This document shows positions 1-11,200 of a DNA stretch of 64,000 nt, in pieces. Positions within the stretch are counted from its first letter, which is position 1. Each line of letters starts with the position of its first letter. The stretch lies in assembly GCA_009859145.1 (NCBI GenBank), contig VRVR01000047.1:128934-192933 (forward strand), written 5' to 3'. Both the position numbers and the translations under genes were made by a program. This stretch comes from Andalucia godoyi And28. Taxonomy: Eukaryota > Protista > Jakobida. The notes beneath the pieces are model-generated. The model was not told the DNA's origin. It ran no database searches and was given only the letters and a program-made list of their open reading frames with translations.

Positions 1-1
1 T

Positions 2-1408
2 GTGAACGATGTATTTCATGGTCATGGGAAGGCGGTGTATTCGTCGGGCTCATGGTACGATGGATCCTGGAAGAATGGAGAAAAGGATGGGCATGGTCGT
101 ATGTCATGGGAGCCAGTACAAGAAGAATATGTTGGTGAGTGGAAAAAGAATGTACCAGAGGGTCACGGAGAGTACACTTGGTACGCTTCTGGGAATCGGT
201 ATGTTGGCGATTTTGTTGGTGGGTTGAGGGAAGGTGACGGACGCTTCTTTTATGCGGATGGATCGCAGTACATTGGACAGTGGAAGAATAACATGAAGGA
301 TGGCCAGGGACATTCCATCGACTCCGCTGGAAGTGTGAAACAGGGGTATTTTGTGGAGGATCGATGGATGTCAGCAACGGAAGTTGCTGGAGCCCCGCTC
401 ACAAACGGATCCTTCCGTATTCACGCAAATCTCTCGGATGTTCTTGCTGCCGAGGTAGCGTCATCTGGGATTCCAGAAGAGACTCTCACACAAACCATCT
501 TGGACACGCTGTTCCGTCGAATCAAAGCGGTCAGATTTTGTTTCGATGCTGCCCGTTCACCTGGAAGCGATGTGATTTCTCTTCATTCTTTCTGGGTCGT
601 TGTGCAGCAATTTGTCCCGTCTGTTTTTGGAGTTTTATCGCTGGCAGAGATCGATGAAATCTTCTTCATTGCCGTCAAGTCTTCGTTCCATACAAAGTTG
701 GCTGGTGGCATCAAAGATCTCCATTCTCCCAGCAATGAAATGCGGTTTCGCGACTTTTGCGAGTCCCTTATCCGATGTGCTGTAGCGTTTGGCCACCCAG
801 ACGACCGTCTCGAGAACAAACTAGACAGCCTGCTGCTAGAATTGGAGAGTAGGGTGCTTCCGCCAGGTCCTCCAAAAGAGCAAAGACCAAAGTCTGCTGC
901 CTCGTCAGCGAATGGATCGATTGCGTCGTCCTCGGCATCGAAGTCGGACACGCATTTTAAAACACCGCTACCATCGTCCCTGAAGCCCGTGTTCGAGGAC
1001 AGCGTTTTCAAAGAGTTTCAAGAAGAGCAACTGCTTTCGCTCCGCACCTTGTATGACAGTCTTGTTCTCAAACGTCGTCGTTCGACAAGCTCTCGAGTCC
1101 CACCGATGTTTGCGCCTCTGCACGAAGCAGAAGAAGGAGGCGCAGCGGCACTCAAGAACGCCAAAACAAACGACTCCGTTATTCTGGTCCGCGACTTTCT
1201 GCAACTCTTGTCGGACAAATCTGTGATTGGAGCAAATTTGAGATTGACGGACGTTGTCGATTTATTTCCACAAACCGGAAAACTTGTAGTGGAACGACGG
1301 CTAATATTCCCCGAGTTTTTGAGATCCATCGAAAAATGTGCGTCCAAAAAGAAGATGGCCGTGGCTGACTTCTGCGCAACCCTCCTTGCCAATTCAGCTC
1401 TTCGATGA
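2..1408 (+). CDS. RSPH10B: MORN-repeat radial spoke head protein 10-like (5' partial, runs off window start)
   Basis: Tandem MORN repeats (YDGSWKNGEKDGHG, YVGEWKKNVPEGHG, YVGDFVGGLREGDGRFFYADGSQYIGQWKNNMKDGQG), including the GRMSW...EEYxGxW pattern of RSPH10, followed by a helical C-terminal region (FRDFCESLIRCA). The frame is open from base 2. Confidence 0.7.
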   Translation: MNDVFHGHGKAVYSSGSWYDGSWKNGEKDGHGRMSWEPVQEEYVGEWKKNVPEGHGEYTWYASGNRYVGDFVGGLREGDGRFFYADGSQYIGQWKNNMKDGQGHSIDSAGSVKQGYFVEDRWMSATEVAGAPLTNGSFRIHANLSDVLAAEVASSGIPEETLTQTILDTLFRRIKAVRFCFDAARSPGSDVISLHSFWVVVQQFVPSVFGVLSLAEIDEIFFIAVKSSFHTKLAGGIKDLHSPSNEMRFRDFCESLIRCAVAFGHPDDRLENKLDSLLLELESRVLPPGPPKEQRPKSAASSANGSIASSSASKSDTHFKTPLPSSLKPVFEDSVFKEFQEEQLLSLRTLYDSLVLKRRRSTSSRVPPMFAPLHEAEEGGAAALKNAKTNDSVILVRDFLQLLSDKSVIGANLRLTDVVDLFPQTGKLVVERRLIFPEFLRSIEKCASKKKMAVADFCATLLANSALR

Positions 1409-2012
1409 CGACGTGCAATCGCATCCAGCGAAAAAGAAACGACCAAGGAAACGATCCGCAATGTCCGACGCAACTGCAGGCTGTGAAGTATTTGCCGTCC
1501 AATTCCAAACCCTCTCCAAGCACTTGTCTCGCATGCTGCGCCTCAAACAGATTATTTGGCGTAAACCGACTTTATAAATCAGCTTCAGCGCCCATCCAAT
1601 GAGTTCCCCTTTTGAGTGGGACCTCCGTGGGTCTGTGCACCCCCAAAGACAGAAACAACCTATTTTCCCGTTCAGAGCTCTCTACTAGATCAATTGGTGC
1701 ATTCGTTAGAACCGTTTTGGACCTTGGGAACCAGGAAAAAACTAGGGATTTCAACGAGCTTCTTCTTTTTTTGCCATTCCGAGCGGATATTGCATTGATT
1801 GCTGATTGGCAATGGTGTGCACCACATAGAGAGAGAGAGAGGGAGGGTGGCCGCGGTGGAAGAATCATCGATTACAAGGAATCGGTTGTCAATATTCGAC
1901 AGTGTCTCTCACTGGGCCTCGACCTGCACACTTCAGCCATACTATCCGATGATATTCACAGCAGTCTACCAGACGCCTGGGTTGGAGGGCTATATGTGGA
2001 AACACATTCATC

Positions 2013-2387
2013 TTACGTTTTCGTTTCCTGGACATGAAACGACTCGCCGCATCCACACGTTCCTTTTGCATTGGGATTCTTGAAAACAAACTCTGCGGCC
2101 AGGTCATTCTCTTGATAATCGATTTCCATTCCAATCAAGTACATTTCGCTCTTGGGGTCGACAAGAACAGTAACACCAGAGGCATCAATGGCATTTTCAA
2201 ATTTTTGTTTGTCCTTGGCGTAGTCCATCGTGTAGGAGAGACCGTTGCAACCTCGCCGTTTGACGCCAATACGAATTCCAAGAATCGACGGGTCATGCCG
2301 AGACGATATAAGGTCTTTCAGTCGGCCTGATGCTGCATCCGTGATTTTCATCATTTGACCGAGCGAACGCTGCAACCGAGAACTCAT
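2013..2387 (-). CDS. ISCA1: Iron-sulfur cluster assembly A-type carrier protein IscA1
   Basis: RIGVKRRGCNGLSY and the C-terminal FVFKNPNAKGTCGCGESF signature with all three conserved Cys; short Arg/Ser-rich N-terminus (MSSRLQRS). Confidence 0.95.
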   Translation of the reverse strand: MSSRLQRSLGQMMKITDAASGRLKDLISSRHDPSILGIRIGVKRRGCNGLSYTMDYAKDKQKFENAIDASGVTVLVDPKSEMYLIGMEIDYQENDLAAEFVFKNPNAKGTCGCGESFHVQETKT

Positions 2388-2596
2388 TCTAATTTATGTT
2401 GTCGTTGTTTTCTTCTGTTGGTCTACAAGGGAAAAAAAAAGAATTTTCAAAACTTCAGCGAACACTTCTTCATGTTTCCTTTCTGGAAAAATCAAAATTT
2501 CGCCCGTTTCACCGACGTCAGCGTTTTATTTACGACAGAAGTCTGGAAGAAATTCAGAAAAGACTCCATGATTGACTCGCGAAGCGATGAACTTGC

Positions 2597-4696
2597 TCAG
2601 TCGTCGGTATCTTCGTCCAGAAGAGAGCTTCCTCCAACAGGCTCTTTTTCGGTTACTGCATCTGACGTGGGATTCGTTGACGAGAATAATGTACACAAAG
2701 TAGCAGCGTCAATCCCAAGATATTCCAAGACGGAAACAAATCGACGCGATCGCAGAGATGAAGAATACCGTTGATGTTCCGTTGCAGCCATTAAGTCCAC
2801 AAACGGCTTAATGACCAATGAAATATTCGCAGTATTAACCAAAGGCATAGACTGCTTCAAAAGACAAACGACGATGTTGTTTTGCCCATCGTTCGAATTG
2901 CGTCTAAAGCTGGCATGCGATGGGAATACGAAAGGAAAGGCGAAATGCATCATTTCGTCGCTTGAAGAAGACAGCACTCGTAGTAAACGCGCATACCTCC
3001 TGAAATCAGTTGACACTAATCCAGTAATTTCCCTTTCAAAATCATCAACTTCTATCGCAGAACAACAGCCATCATCGGCCTCCGCATTTTTTATCCATCG
3101 ACAAAGCTCCGGCTCGAGCGCCTCACCGGTTTCAACCGACAAGTGCAAAACGATTGCCGCATTAGCATGCAGCCATGCCATAAAAGCACGGATCTGGAAG
3201 TGGACAGTTCGAAGAACACTTCGCGCAACAGCAGTAGGAACATAAAGACCAATTGCCCAAGATAGCGTCATGCAGAAGGACAGTGTCAGTTCTGCATCCG
3301 GCTCACCGAAGTTCACAACATGCTGCGCAAGGTTCTTGAAATCGGAAGGGACGGTCTCGCACGTGAACAACACCGGTATCCGTGAACTTTCAACCAGCGA
3401 AGGCAGAGCACCATAGAAACCGCGTTCATCGTCGAAAACGTTGTCAATCTCATCGAACAGAATTAAATTTCCTCGCCGTACAGACTTGGGGATGAAGAGC
3501 TGCGCAAAGTTATCGACCTGCAGCGCTTCCTTTTCCAACCGTTGCGACTGGGTGGCTTCTCCAAATAGACTTTTCAGCAGCTGACCAGATCGCTTTGTCG
3601 ACGGGTTACATTCCAGCACGGATTTGTTCAGAAGATTGGCGATTGCATAGGCGGCGGACGTTTTGCCGCAACCGGAAGGGCCCACCAGAAACATCAGCTT
3701 TGAAGTCCGAAACGGGTTTTTTCTCTTCTTTGATTTTGCAGCTTCACCATAATCGTCGTCAGACTGAGACACATCGGACACAAAATCATCAGAATCCACG
3801 AAATCAGAGTCACTCTCGTCAGACAGAATAACGTTCTTCCTCGATGCTAAGCGATCAGACCGACGGAATCTCGAAAACGGAGTTTCTGTGGATGATTCCT
3901 TCTTTGCAACCTTGGACGATTTTGGACACAGGTTGTCGTCGATTGTCTGTACTATTGAATTTCGAACATCCGCAGGGAGACACATCAACTCTACGTCCTG
4001 TGGAATAAGATGGCTCCATAGCGTCGAGGACCCCATTTCCAGAAATGCCTTGGCGAAACACAGCGCAACAACATCACCATTCTTGCAGGGCTTCAAATTC
4101 AGCTCAGAAAGCTTCGTCAGGATGCGTTCTCGATGGAAAACCGAGTCAACAAAAACGCGCGCTCTCGACATTACTTCCGGAAGAACGCAATTTGAGGGCG
4201 TCCGCGACAGAACGAAGGGCATTGCCGATAATAACTGCGAATCCTTAACGGAGGAAGAATCAGCAGTAAAATCCGATTCGCAAGCCAGCGAGACCCGTCC
4301 ATGCCGTTTAAACGGCGTTGATGATTGGGATCTAGCATTGGGATACGAAAAGAAATCTGTCAAAGGAGCAGGATCGGAGCCTTGGAGAAATGATGAATGC
4401 ACAGCGCTCTTCATCACAGAGAATGCACTTGGGAAGCTCTTCAAGATTTTGTTGACATGTTGCGTGGCATCTTCGGAAGACGACGAAGAGGAAGACGAGA
4501 GTGAAGACGGCAGTGGTTTCTCCTGCGAAAGCTTTGAGCAAGACATTGCCTTCGGAGCAGCCCCACCGGAAGCCTTTTGCATCGAAGACCGAGAGGCTTC
4601 CTTTGAAGATGCATCGGCGGAAGCTCCATCCGAGGTCGTTTTCCTTTTCGTGGATTGACTGAAGAAAGGATGGACTTTCGAGCCAGCGGCTGTCAT
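2597..4696 (-). CDS. ATAD5: ATAD5/Elg1-like RFC large-subunit AAA+ ATPase (PCNA unloader)
   Basis: Walker A GPSGCGKT; LECNPSTKRSG...EATQS (Elg1/ATAD5-type NAS-x-RSG...EATQS); Walker B LILFDEIDNVFDDERGF; disordered acidic/basic N-terminus. Confidence 0.8.
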   Translation of the reverse strand: MTAAGSKVHPFFSQSTKRKTTSDGASADASSKEASRSSMQKASGGAAPKAMSCSKLSQEKPLPSSLSSSSSSSSEDATQHVNKILKSFPSAFSVMKSAVHSSFLQGSDPAPLTDFFSYPNARSQSSTPFKRHGRVSLACESDFTADSSSVKDSQLLSAMPFVLSRTPSNCVLPEVMSRARVFVDSVFHRERILTKLSELNLKPCKNGDVVALCFAKAFLEMGSSTLWSHLIPQDVELMCLPADVRNSIVQTIDDNLCPKSSKVAKKESSTETPFSRFRRSDRLASRKNVILSDESDSDFVDSDDFVSDVSQSDDDYGEAAKSKKRKNPFRTSKLMFLVGPSGCGKTSAAYAIANLLNKSVLECNPSTKRSGQLLKSLFGEATQSQRLEKEALQVDNFAQLFIPKSVRRGNLILFDEIDNVFDDERGFYGALPSLVESSRIPVLFTCETVPSDFKNLAQHVVNFGEPDAELTLSFCMTLSWAIGLYVPTAVARSVLRTVHFQIRAFMAWLHANAAIVLHLSVETGEALEPELCRWIKNAEADDGCCSAIEVDDFEREITGLVSTDFRRYARLLRVLSSSSDEMMHFAFPFVFPSHASFRRNSNDGQNNIVVCLLKQSMPLVNTANISLVIKPFVDLMAATEHQRYSSSLRSRRFVSVLEYLGIDAATLCTLFSSTNPTSDAVTEKEPVGGSSLLDEDTDD

Positions 4697-5228
4697 TGTG
4701 CTTACCGTTCCGCCTCAACACAATGAACAGAGAAAAATACCGATGTATAAATAATAATAATAAAAAAACCCCGGTGATTTGATTTGATTTGATTTTTCGG
4801 GTTGGTTGAATCAAACCTTATTCAATTGCATGTTGCAAGTTGGCGAAGAATGGGAAAGGAGCTGCTGACTGCTGAATGGTGAATGGCGATGGTGAGTCTT
4901 GGCAGCCTTTCTGAGTGGCGGGAACAACCGAAGCGGGCTTTCTATTTTGCTGGCATCACTTGAGAGCTGGCCCCTCTGTTCCTGCTGCCGAACAAAAAAG
5001 CATTTCCCTCTCTCTCCCGTCTTGTGTGCTGCGTGGCTTGCCAAGCGCTTTCTTTGTTTTTCACTCCGACACCCTTTTGCAAACATCCCCCACCACCACC
5101 CCGTTCGTCATCACCATAAACCCCTTTGTCAACCAAAAACTTCTACCCTGATTCCTGTGCTGCAATTTGTGTCCCCTCCCCTCCCCCTTCCTCCTCTTGA
5201 TTTTCCGTAGAGTAGGAACTTGTGCAGC

Positions 5229-8200
5229 ATGTCGACTCCGTCAAGTTCCGAAGTGAACACGGAGGAGCAGCTCGATCCTATATACATCACATGGACTATC
5301 GCCCTGGGAGTGCTGTTCGTGTTTTACCTTTTGTTTTCTTCTCGACTGGTCGGTATTGTAGTTACAATGGTGTGCAAGTTTGCGCTTAGCGGTGGCCAAA
5401 CATTACGGATAGGATCGGTGTCTTTCGCGTTTCTAGGGGGAAAGATTCTTTTGAAAAACATACAGTATGCTTCAAAGGCAAGTTCGCTGATTGCTGCGGA
5501 TGGTGTTGTGAGCATTAAATGGTATCGGCGGCCACCCGACCCTTCTCCGAATCCTCGTTTTGGAATGCCGAGGATCAGGATCAGTTTGTCAGCCGTCGAG
5601 TTTTGCCTCTTTAATAATAGCGGCAAATATGATCATTTGGGGAACTTATTGAGTGATAGGGACGGCAAAAAGGATGCAGCCATTACGATTTCCCAAGATC
5701 CCTCTGGAAACAAACCTCCTGGCTCTACGTGGGAGAACAACATTCCAGGATGGTACAAATCCATGGGAGGAGCAGACCTGGATTTTCAAGGACTGAGCAT
5801 CATGGTCGGAAACAGGGCATTGAAAACGATGACGGTTGTCCATTCAAAGAAATCATTTGGAATTTTCAGATTAGATCGAGCGAGATCGTCTCTGGATTGG
5901 TACAAAAATGTTCTTGAGTTGACAATGAAGAATCCCATCATTTTGATGGTACCAAATCCGGATTATGATCATCGGATCGTTCATTCTGGGTCTTCCGATG
6001 ACAAGGCGGGCGTACCAACGCACTCCAGACATCGTGTGGAGGACTTTGTGAAGGATTCTCTAAGTACTTTCAAGACTTTCTTCAAGGACGTCCGATTTGC
6101 CTTTTTTGCGCAGGATGACATTTCTGAATCAGACGATGGGCATGACCAAGCAGGATGGAAAGGAACCTGGAAGTCTCCTGCTGGGGCAGACAAGGGCGTA
6201 GAAGAGGATCTTGAGAGTGTCTTGAAGAAGTATGACATTTACCGGGGACATGCCGAAAAACGACAAAGCGACATATCTAGAGTGCTCGTTGCGCAGCAGC
6301 TGCATTTGCAGTACTATTGGGATTCTCCTGGTGTGTTTCCAGATACACCTGATCCGCCTGTTTTCGACGATGACACTGCATGTGAGCAAGGCATGGTGAT
6401 TACGCTAAAAAAAGGTTCTCTCACTTATGGACCTTGGGCCGACCATCAACGGGATGTTTTGACAAAGTTTCTGAATCCGTGGGATCGACAGAGCATTCCC
6501 TTATATGTTCCCAAGCCGGGCATGCTTCGTGATTACACACGATTTGATGTTCTCATTACTTTTGACGATGATGCAGAACTCGTAATTCCGTATAGAAAAT
6601 ATGCTGCTTTCCCGCAGCTTGCCGCCAAGTTGGCCCCGCAAGACGAATTAGCCTTTTACCGTATTGATTTGGCAGGCGGCTCAACAATCACGTTTTCGAT
6701 GTCATGGATGACTCCAAAGCCAGAGGGAATGTGCTATTCGAAAATGTCTTTTAACCTTCGAAACGCGGTTATCAGGAATTCGCTCACGGGATACAAGAAC
6801 TTCATCTCGACTCCAAGTTTTCAGATCTTTATTGATTTTCCCTATCCCTTGCAATGGAATGGTCTCTACGATTGGAGTTTCACTTTTGATTTTGGCGACG
6901 CTACAATGTACTATACCTCACAACAAGGGAACGCCATCAATGATCTCATTTGGGATTGGACCACATACGAACCGTCTGCTTTTCGACTTCCCGAGAACCT
7001 CGCGCATTTCTGTCCGACGATTTTCCGCTACAAGATTATTATGGGCAAAAGTGCCATTTTGGTACCTGCCAATCCTTATAATGTTATGGTGATGGAGAAA
7101 TTTGACGATCTTGACGTGAATTCTTACGTTATCATCCGAGTTCCCAAATTGTCAGCCACGATTTCTCAGTACTGGTTGACTTTCGATGCGCAGACTACAC
7201 AGATGGATTTTAACGCTGACTTTCGAGATATGGAATTTTCTCTGAACTTGCCACATACCTCTCGAAGTATCTTGAGCATGGAATCTGGACCATTCCTCCG
7301 TCTTCAGGAAGTGTCCTTGAATGGAGTATACTACTATTACAATCGCGTCCACCAAGAGTATGTAGATGGCTGCTCGATTAATGTGTCTTTGAAAAATTCC
7401 CAGATCCGTTTGCTGCATCCCTACGTTCAAGCTCTTTCTTACATGAGCGATAATTTGTTTGGGGCATCGAAGTTCATCGTGTCTCCTCAGGAGTTTGCCG
7501 AGAAAAAGGCGAATGTATTGTATGCGGAGTATGTTAAGATGATCGATCCGACACCACACAATCCGTTCGAATTTTCATTGTTTCTCGATGCCTTTAACTC
7601 CTCCGCAGATTTCCCGCGTGGTCTTCACGGCGGAAAGGAATTATCCGGACGCCTTCTTGTCCAAGAAGTGGCAGTAGAAATGCGAACGATGCCTGATCAC
7701 GTGGACACTGTTGTGTCAACTTCTCCCATAACGTTGTTGTTTCCGTCAACTTCGAAGCAATCCGCCGAATTGCGGAAAGGTCTGGATGTAGCTTCAGGTC
7801 CTCGAGTGTATGTAGGAATTGAATCTATTCTGTTGCATTCTCAGTCTTGTTATTCCCCGCCTCCCGAAAGTTTGCTGTATGCATCTGATATCCAAGTCTC
7901 TGTCGGTGAAATTTCTGGGTGTTTAAATCCGCACCATGCGCGAGCTCTGACAGACTGGGCGGAGTCCTTCGTGACCCTTTCCAAGCTTCCGCCTCCGACG
8001 GTTCATGTGGGACTGTACGATGATAGAAGAGAAGTTGAAGACGAGAAGACAGATTTGCATTTCATGTCTTCTCTGTTCTCCCATAACCGTCTTGAATTGT
8101 CTTGCCAGCCAATGTCTTTGCTTCTGGCCGATCGCCTTTCTCTCATTCATCTTCAATGCGGCTCTGGAATGTCTTTTCGAAGAGATTCGTTGGCAAATTT

Positions 8201-11200
8201 GAAATATCAGTCAAAGTCTGTGTTGGCGGTACCGCAAGTTGGTGTTCATTTTTTTGTGGAGGGTGAGTTTTCCAGGTCACAGCAGGCAAGATGGCTTGAA
8301 GTTGGACGCATTGATACAGGAATTTCAGTGTCACATTTCAACAAATCCGACGTTTTTTTGAAGGACCCGAAGTCATTTGTGTCTGACCAGTTGTCGTATC
8401 TCCTGAAGTGCGATGCGTCGAATAAGCTGTGGTACTTAAAGGATGTGTCGGATGCGAAGAACTTTTACAAGTTTGTCGATCTTCCGACGGATACGCCCTA
8501 TGCGACAAAGGAACCGGATCCTTTTACGTCGTCCAGCCGTCTCTCACTAGGCGGTTCTGCAGGAATTAATGTGTCGATGTCGTCTCTCAGAAGCCGTTCA
8601 GTGGCTATGAGTGTTTCCTCGGCCATGCCTTCTGTGAGTTCTTCGAATCCATCGGAGGATGAGGATTCCGACAGCTGGCATACGGCTGCTAGTGGCGAAT
8701 CTGGCCACAATACAGCATTCCTTGAAGACCCACTGGATGCGTCTGGTTTCTCGAGCGCCGTCTGGGTTCCGTCTGCAGAGGCCACAGAAGCCCATGACGC
8801 ATCAAAGGCCGCGGAGAACGCGAGTTCATTGAATATTACGCTGAATTGCATGCCATTATCCACGTACCAGCGGTTCCTTCACAAGTACTCTTTTGACACT
8901 GAACGGGGCGTGTTTGCCCCGGTTTCTGTGTCTCGAGTATCCAGGATTGGGATTTTGTCACCCTTTCCGTCATTGTCTTTTCGAATGAGTTCAAATGAAG
9001 GTGTACCAAGAGCCAATTGTTGTTCAGGTTCTTCCTTCTACAGAGTTCGCAGTGTTTATAGAGAAGGAATGAATGGCCGCCAGCGGATGCCTGGAGATAT
9101 GGATGGAAATGCCGATCTTGATGACGGATCGTCCGTGTATATTGGCGTTGGGGATGGATCCGCGCTTTTTGGCGGCAGTTCGGGTGCATACGGAAAGGCG
9201 AGGTCTGTCTTTATGTCCTCCGAACGTCGTAGCGATGAGGAGGATTTCTTTGCCGATGTGGGTGCAGATTCTTCTTCCTGTCATGGTATAGTGCATGCAG
9301 ACTTTCTGCAGTGTTTGGATGTGTTGGTAACTCCTGCATTGTTGGATGTTTCCAAAGTCATCATGGATTCTTTCACGTCCTTGTTTGCCGATGCGTCGTC
9401 CTTCCTTGATTACGCAGAGCGAACGTTTTTTTCACATCTTGCGTCTGCCGCCAACCCCACCGAGGATGCTTCCGTGGATAGCAAGCCTCCAGTGTTTCAT
9501 CAGTATCGAACGCTGTACGCGGTATCCTTATCTGCGATGATTATCAGAAGTTTTCAGGGATTTCGGCATGATCCTCTCCAGCCTCAGGGAGTATCAGACA
9601 AGTTGGTCAAAGCACCAAAGCTGGCAGAGACGTTTTGCGTACTCTCGCTTTCTGCTTCTGATGTTTTCGGTTTCTATACTCACGACCCTGTGCGAAAGTT
9701 TCCGTCTACGTTTGACGAATCCAAGCTGATTGTCAAGTCCTGTGATCTGTGTCTCCAGGATCTACCATCCAATCGAGATTTTGCTTCGCCAAGTTCTTCC
9801 TCTTTTCCAGCCATCGACGTCGCAAAGTTGCCTTCCAGACTGAAGCATGCGTCAAAATTGCGTGAGAAAGCTCCTCTTCTTTGTGCCTTCTTGCTCTCGG
9901 ACTTGTCAGTGACGCTGTCGTCAAATTCTGGGAGCAAGCCAATGGCGCATCGCTCGTCGATCGACATTTCTCCTCAGCTTCTTCCGAAGAAGACCGTGTC
10001 CGGCGTGTTGTTCGAAGTTTCAGTATCTGATGTATTCACCTACGCAGTGGATCAGAGTCTCTTGGTGATAGCTTCCTTGACGCAGATGTGGTCCGACGCA
10101 TCATCTTCAATACTATCATTTTGGACCGTTTGTCAGAACAGATTTTCAATCGGCTACATGTCAACGGTCACACTGTTGCAAGATCGTGTAATATCAACCC
10201 CCGGCCTCAACGTATTGGATCCCTTGAATAAGCTGCATCTGCTTTTGTCTGCATTTCGGGATCTCAGCGAGAGAGAATTGAGTTCGTTAAGTCGCCGTGT
10301 GTCTCATTATGTCCTGAATACCGGGAAGCGCGTTGTGCAATCGACTGCTCCAACAGCTCCTGCGGCGAACCGCAAGTCACTGCGTAGTGCGTCGATCGCT
10401 GTGTCTTTTCCGCCTGTTAATGCAGATGGCGACGATCTAGAAGATTCTCGGCTGACACCGGAGCAGATGGCAACAAAGCAACTGTTCGCTTTACGAGACC
10501 AACTGCATCCACAGTTACGCGAGTTTGGCTTTTCGCCGTGGCTGTTTTTCGAGGCCTCGCCCTCTGCAAGGGGTTCCGCGGAGCGCCAGATCGGAGGTTC
10601 ACTCTCTTCCACGGAATTCAAAGTTAGTTTGGAGCGAATTTCGGTTCTGATGGCTGATACATGCCATCCAAGTTTACTTATACCTCCTCCAAGCACTGAT
10701 CTGTCAGTGCGTCGTTTGTATCCGACTCAGGCAGACATTGAATCCAGTCTCTCCCGACTACATGAAATTGAGTGTCGACATCTTTCTGTTCGAGGATTGC
10801 TCCGAGAAGAAAGGAGCTTGTTTTCTGAATTGTATGAGGACGATATGTCCGGCATGTCAGCCTCGTCGTTTCTTCACTTGCAGAATTCATCCAAAGAGAG
10901 CCCTGCGCTGCTATCGTTGGGGATTCTCATTGTGTCTATGGGCAAATTTCGAGTGGATCTGTCACCTTCCTTTCTGTTTTTCATTCGTCATTTAATTGAG
11001 GCTGGAGAACGGTTTTCAGCAATGTCTGCTGAAGGCAAAGTGACGCTTTCCAAGAAAGAAAAGGACTATGGAGCTAGGGAATCGCGGGGTTCTTCAGTTC
11101 TTGTCACACGATCCATGGATGGACACCGACCTGGCTCGAGCATTTCTCCTTCCTTCCCTTCTTTTTCGGGATCCGGACGGAATTCCCCTGTTCCTTTCAA

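Noticed and set aside
1338-2037. Short plus-strand ORFs between the MORN gene and ISCA1
   Set aside because: No consistent frame or motif; the GT-AG splices I tried gave stops. It may be a real spliced gene, but I cannot support one.
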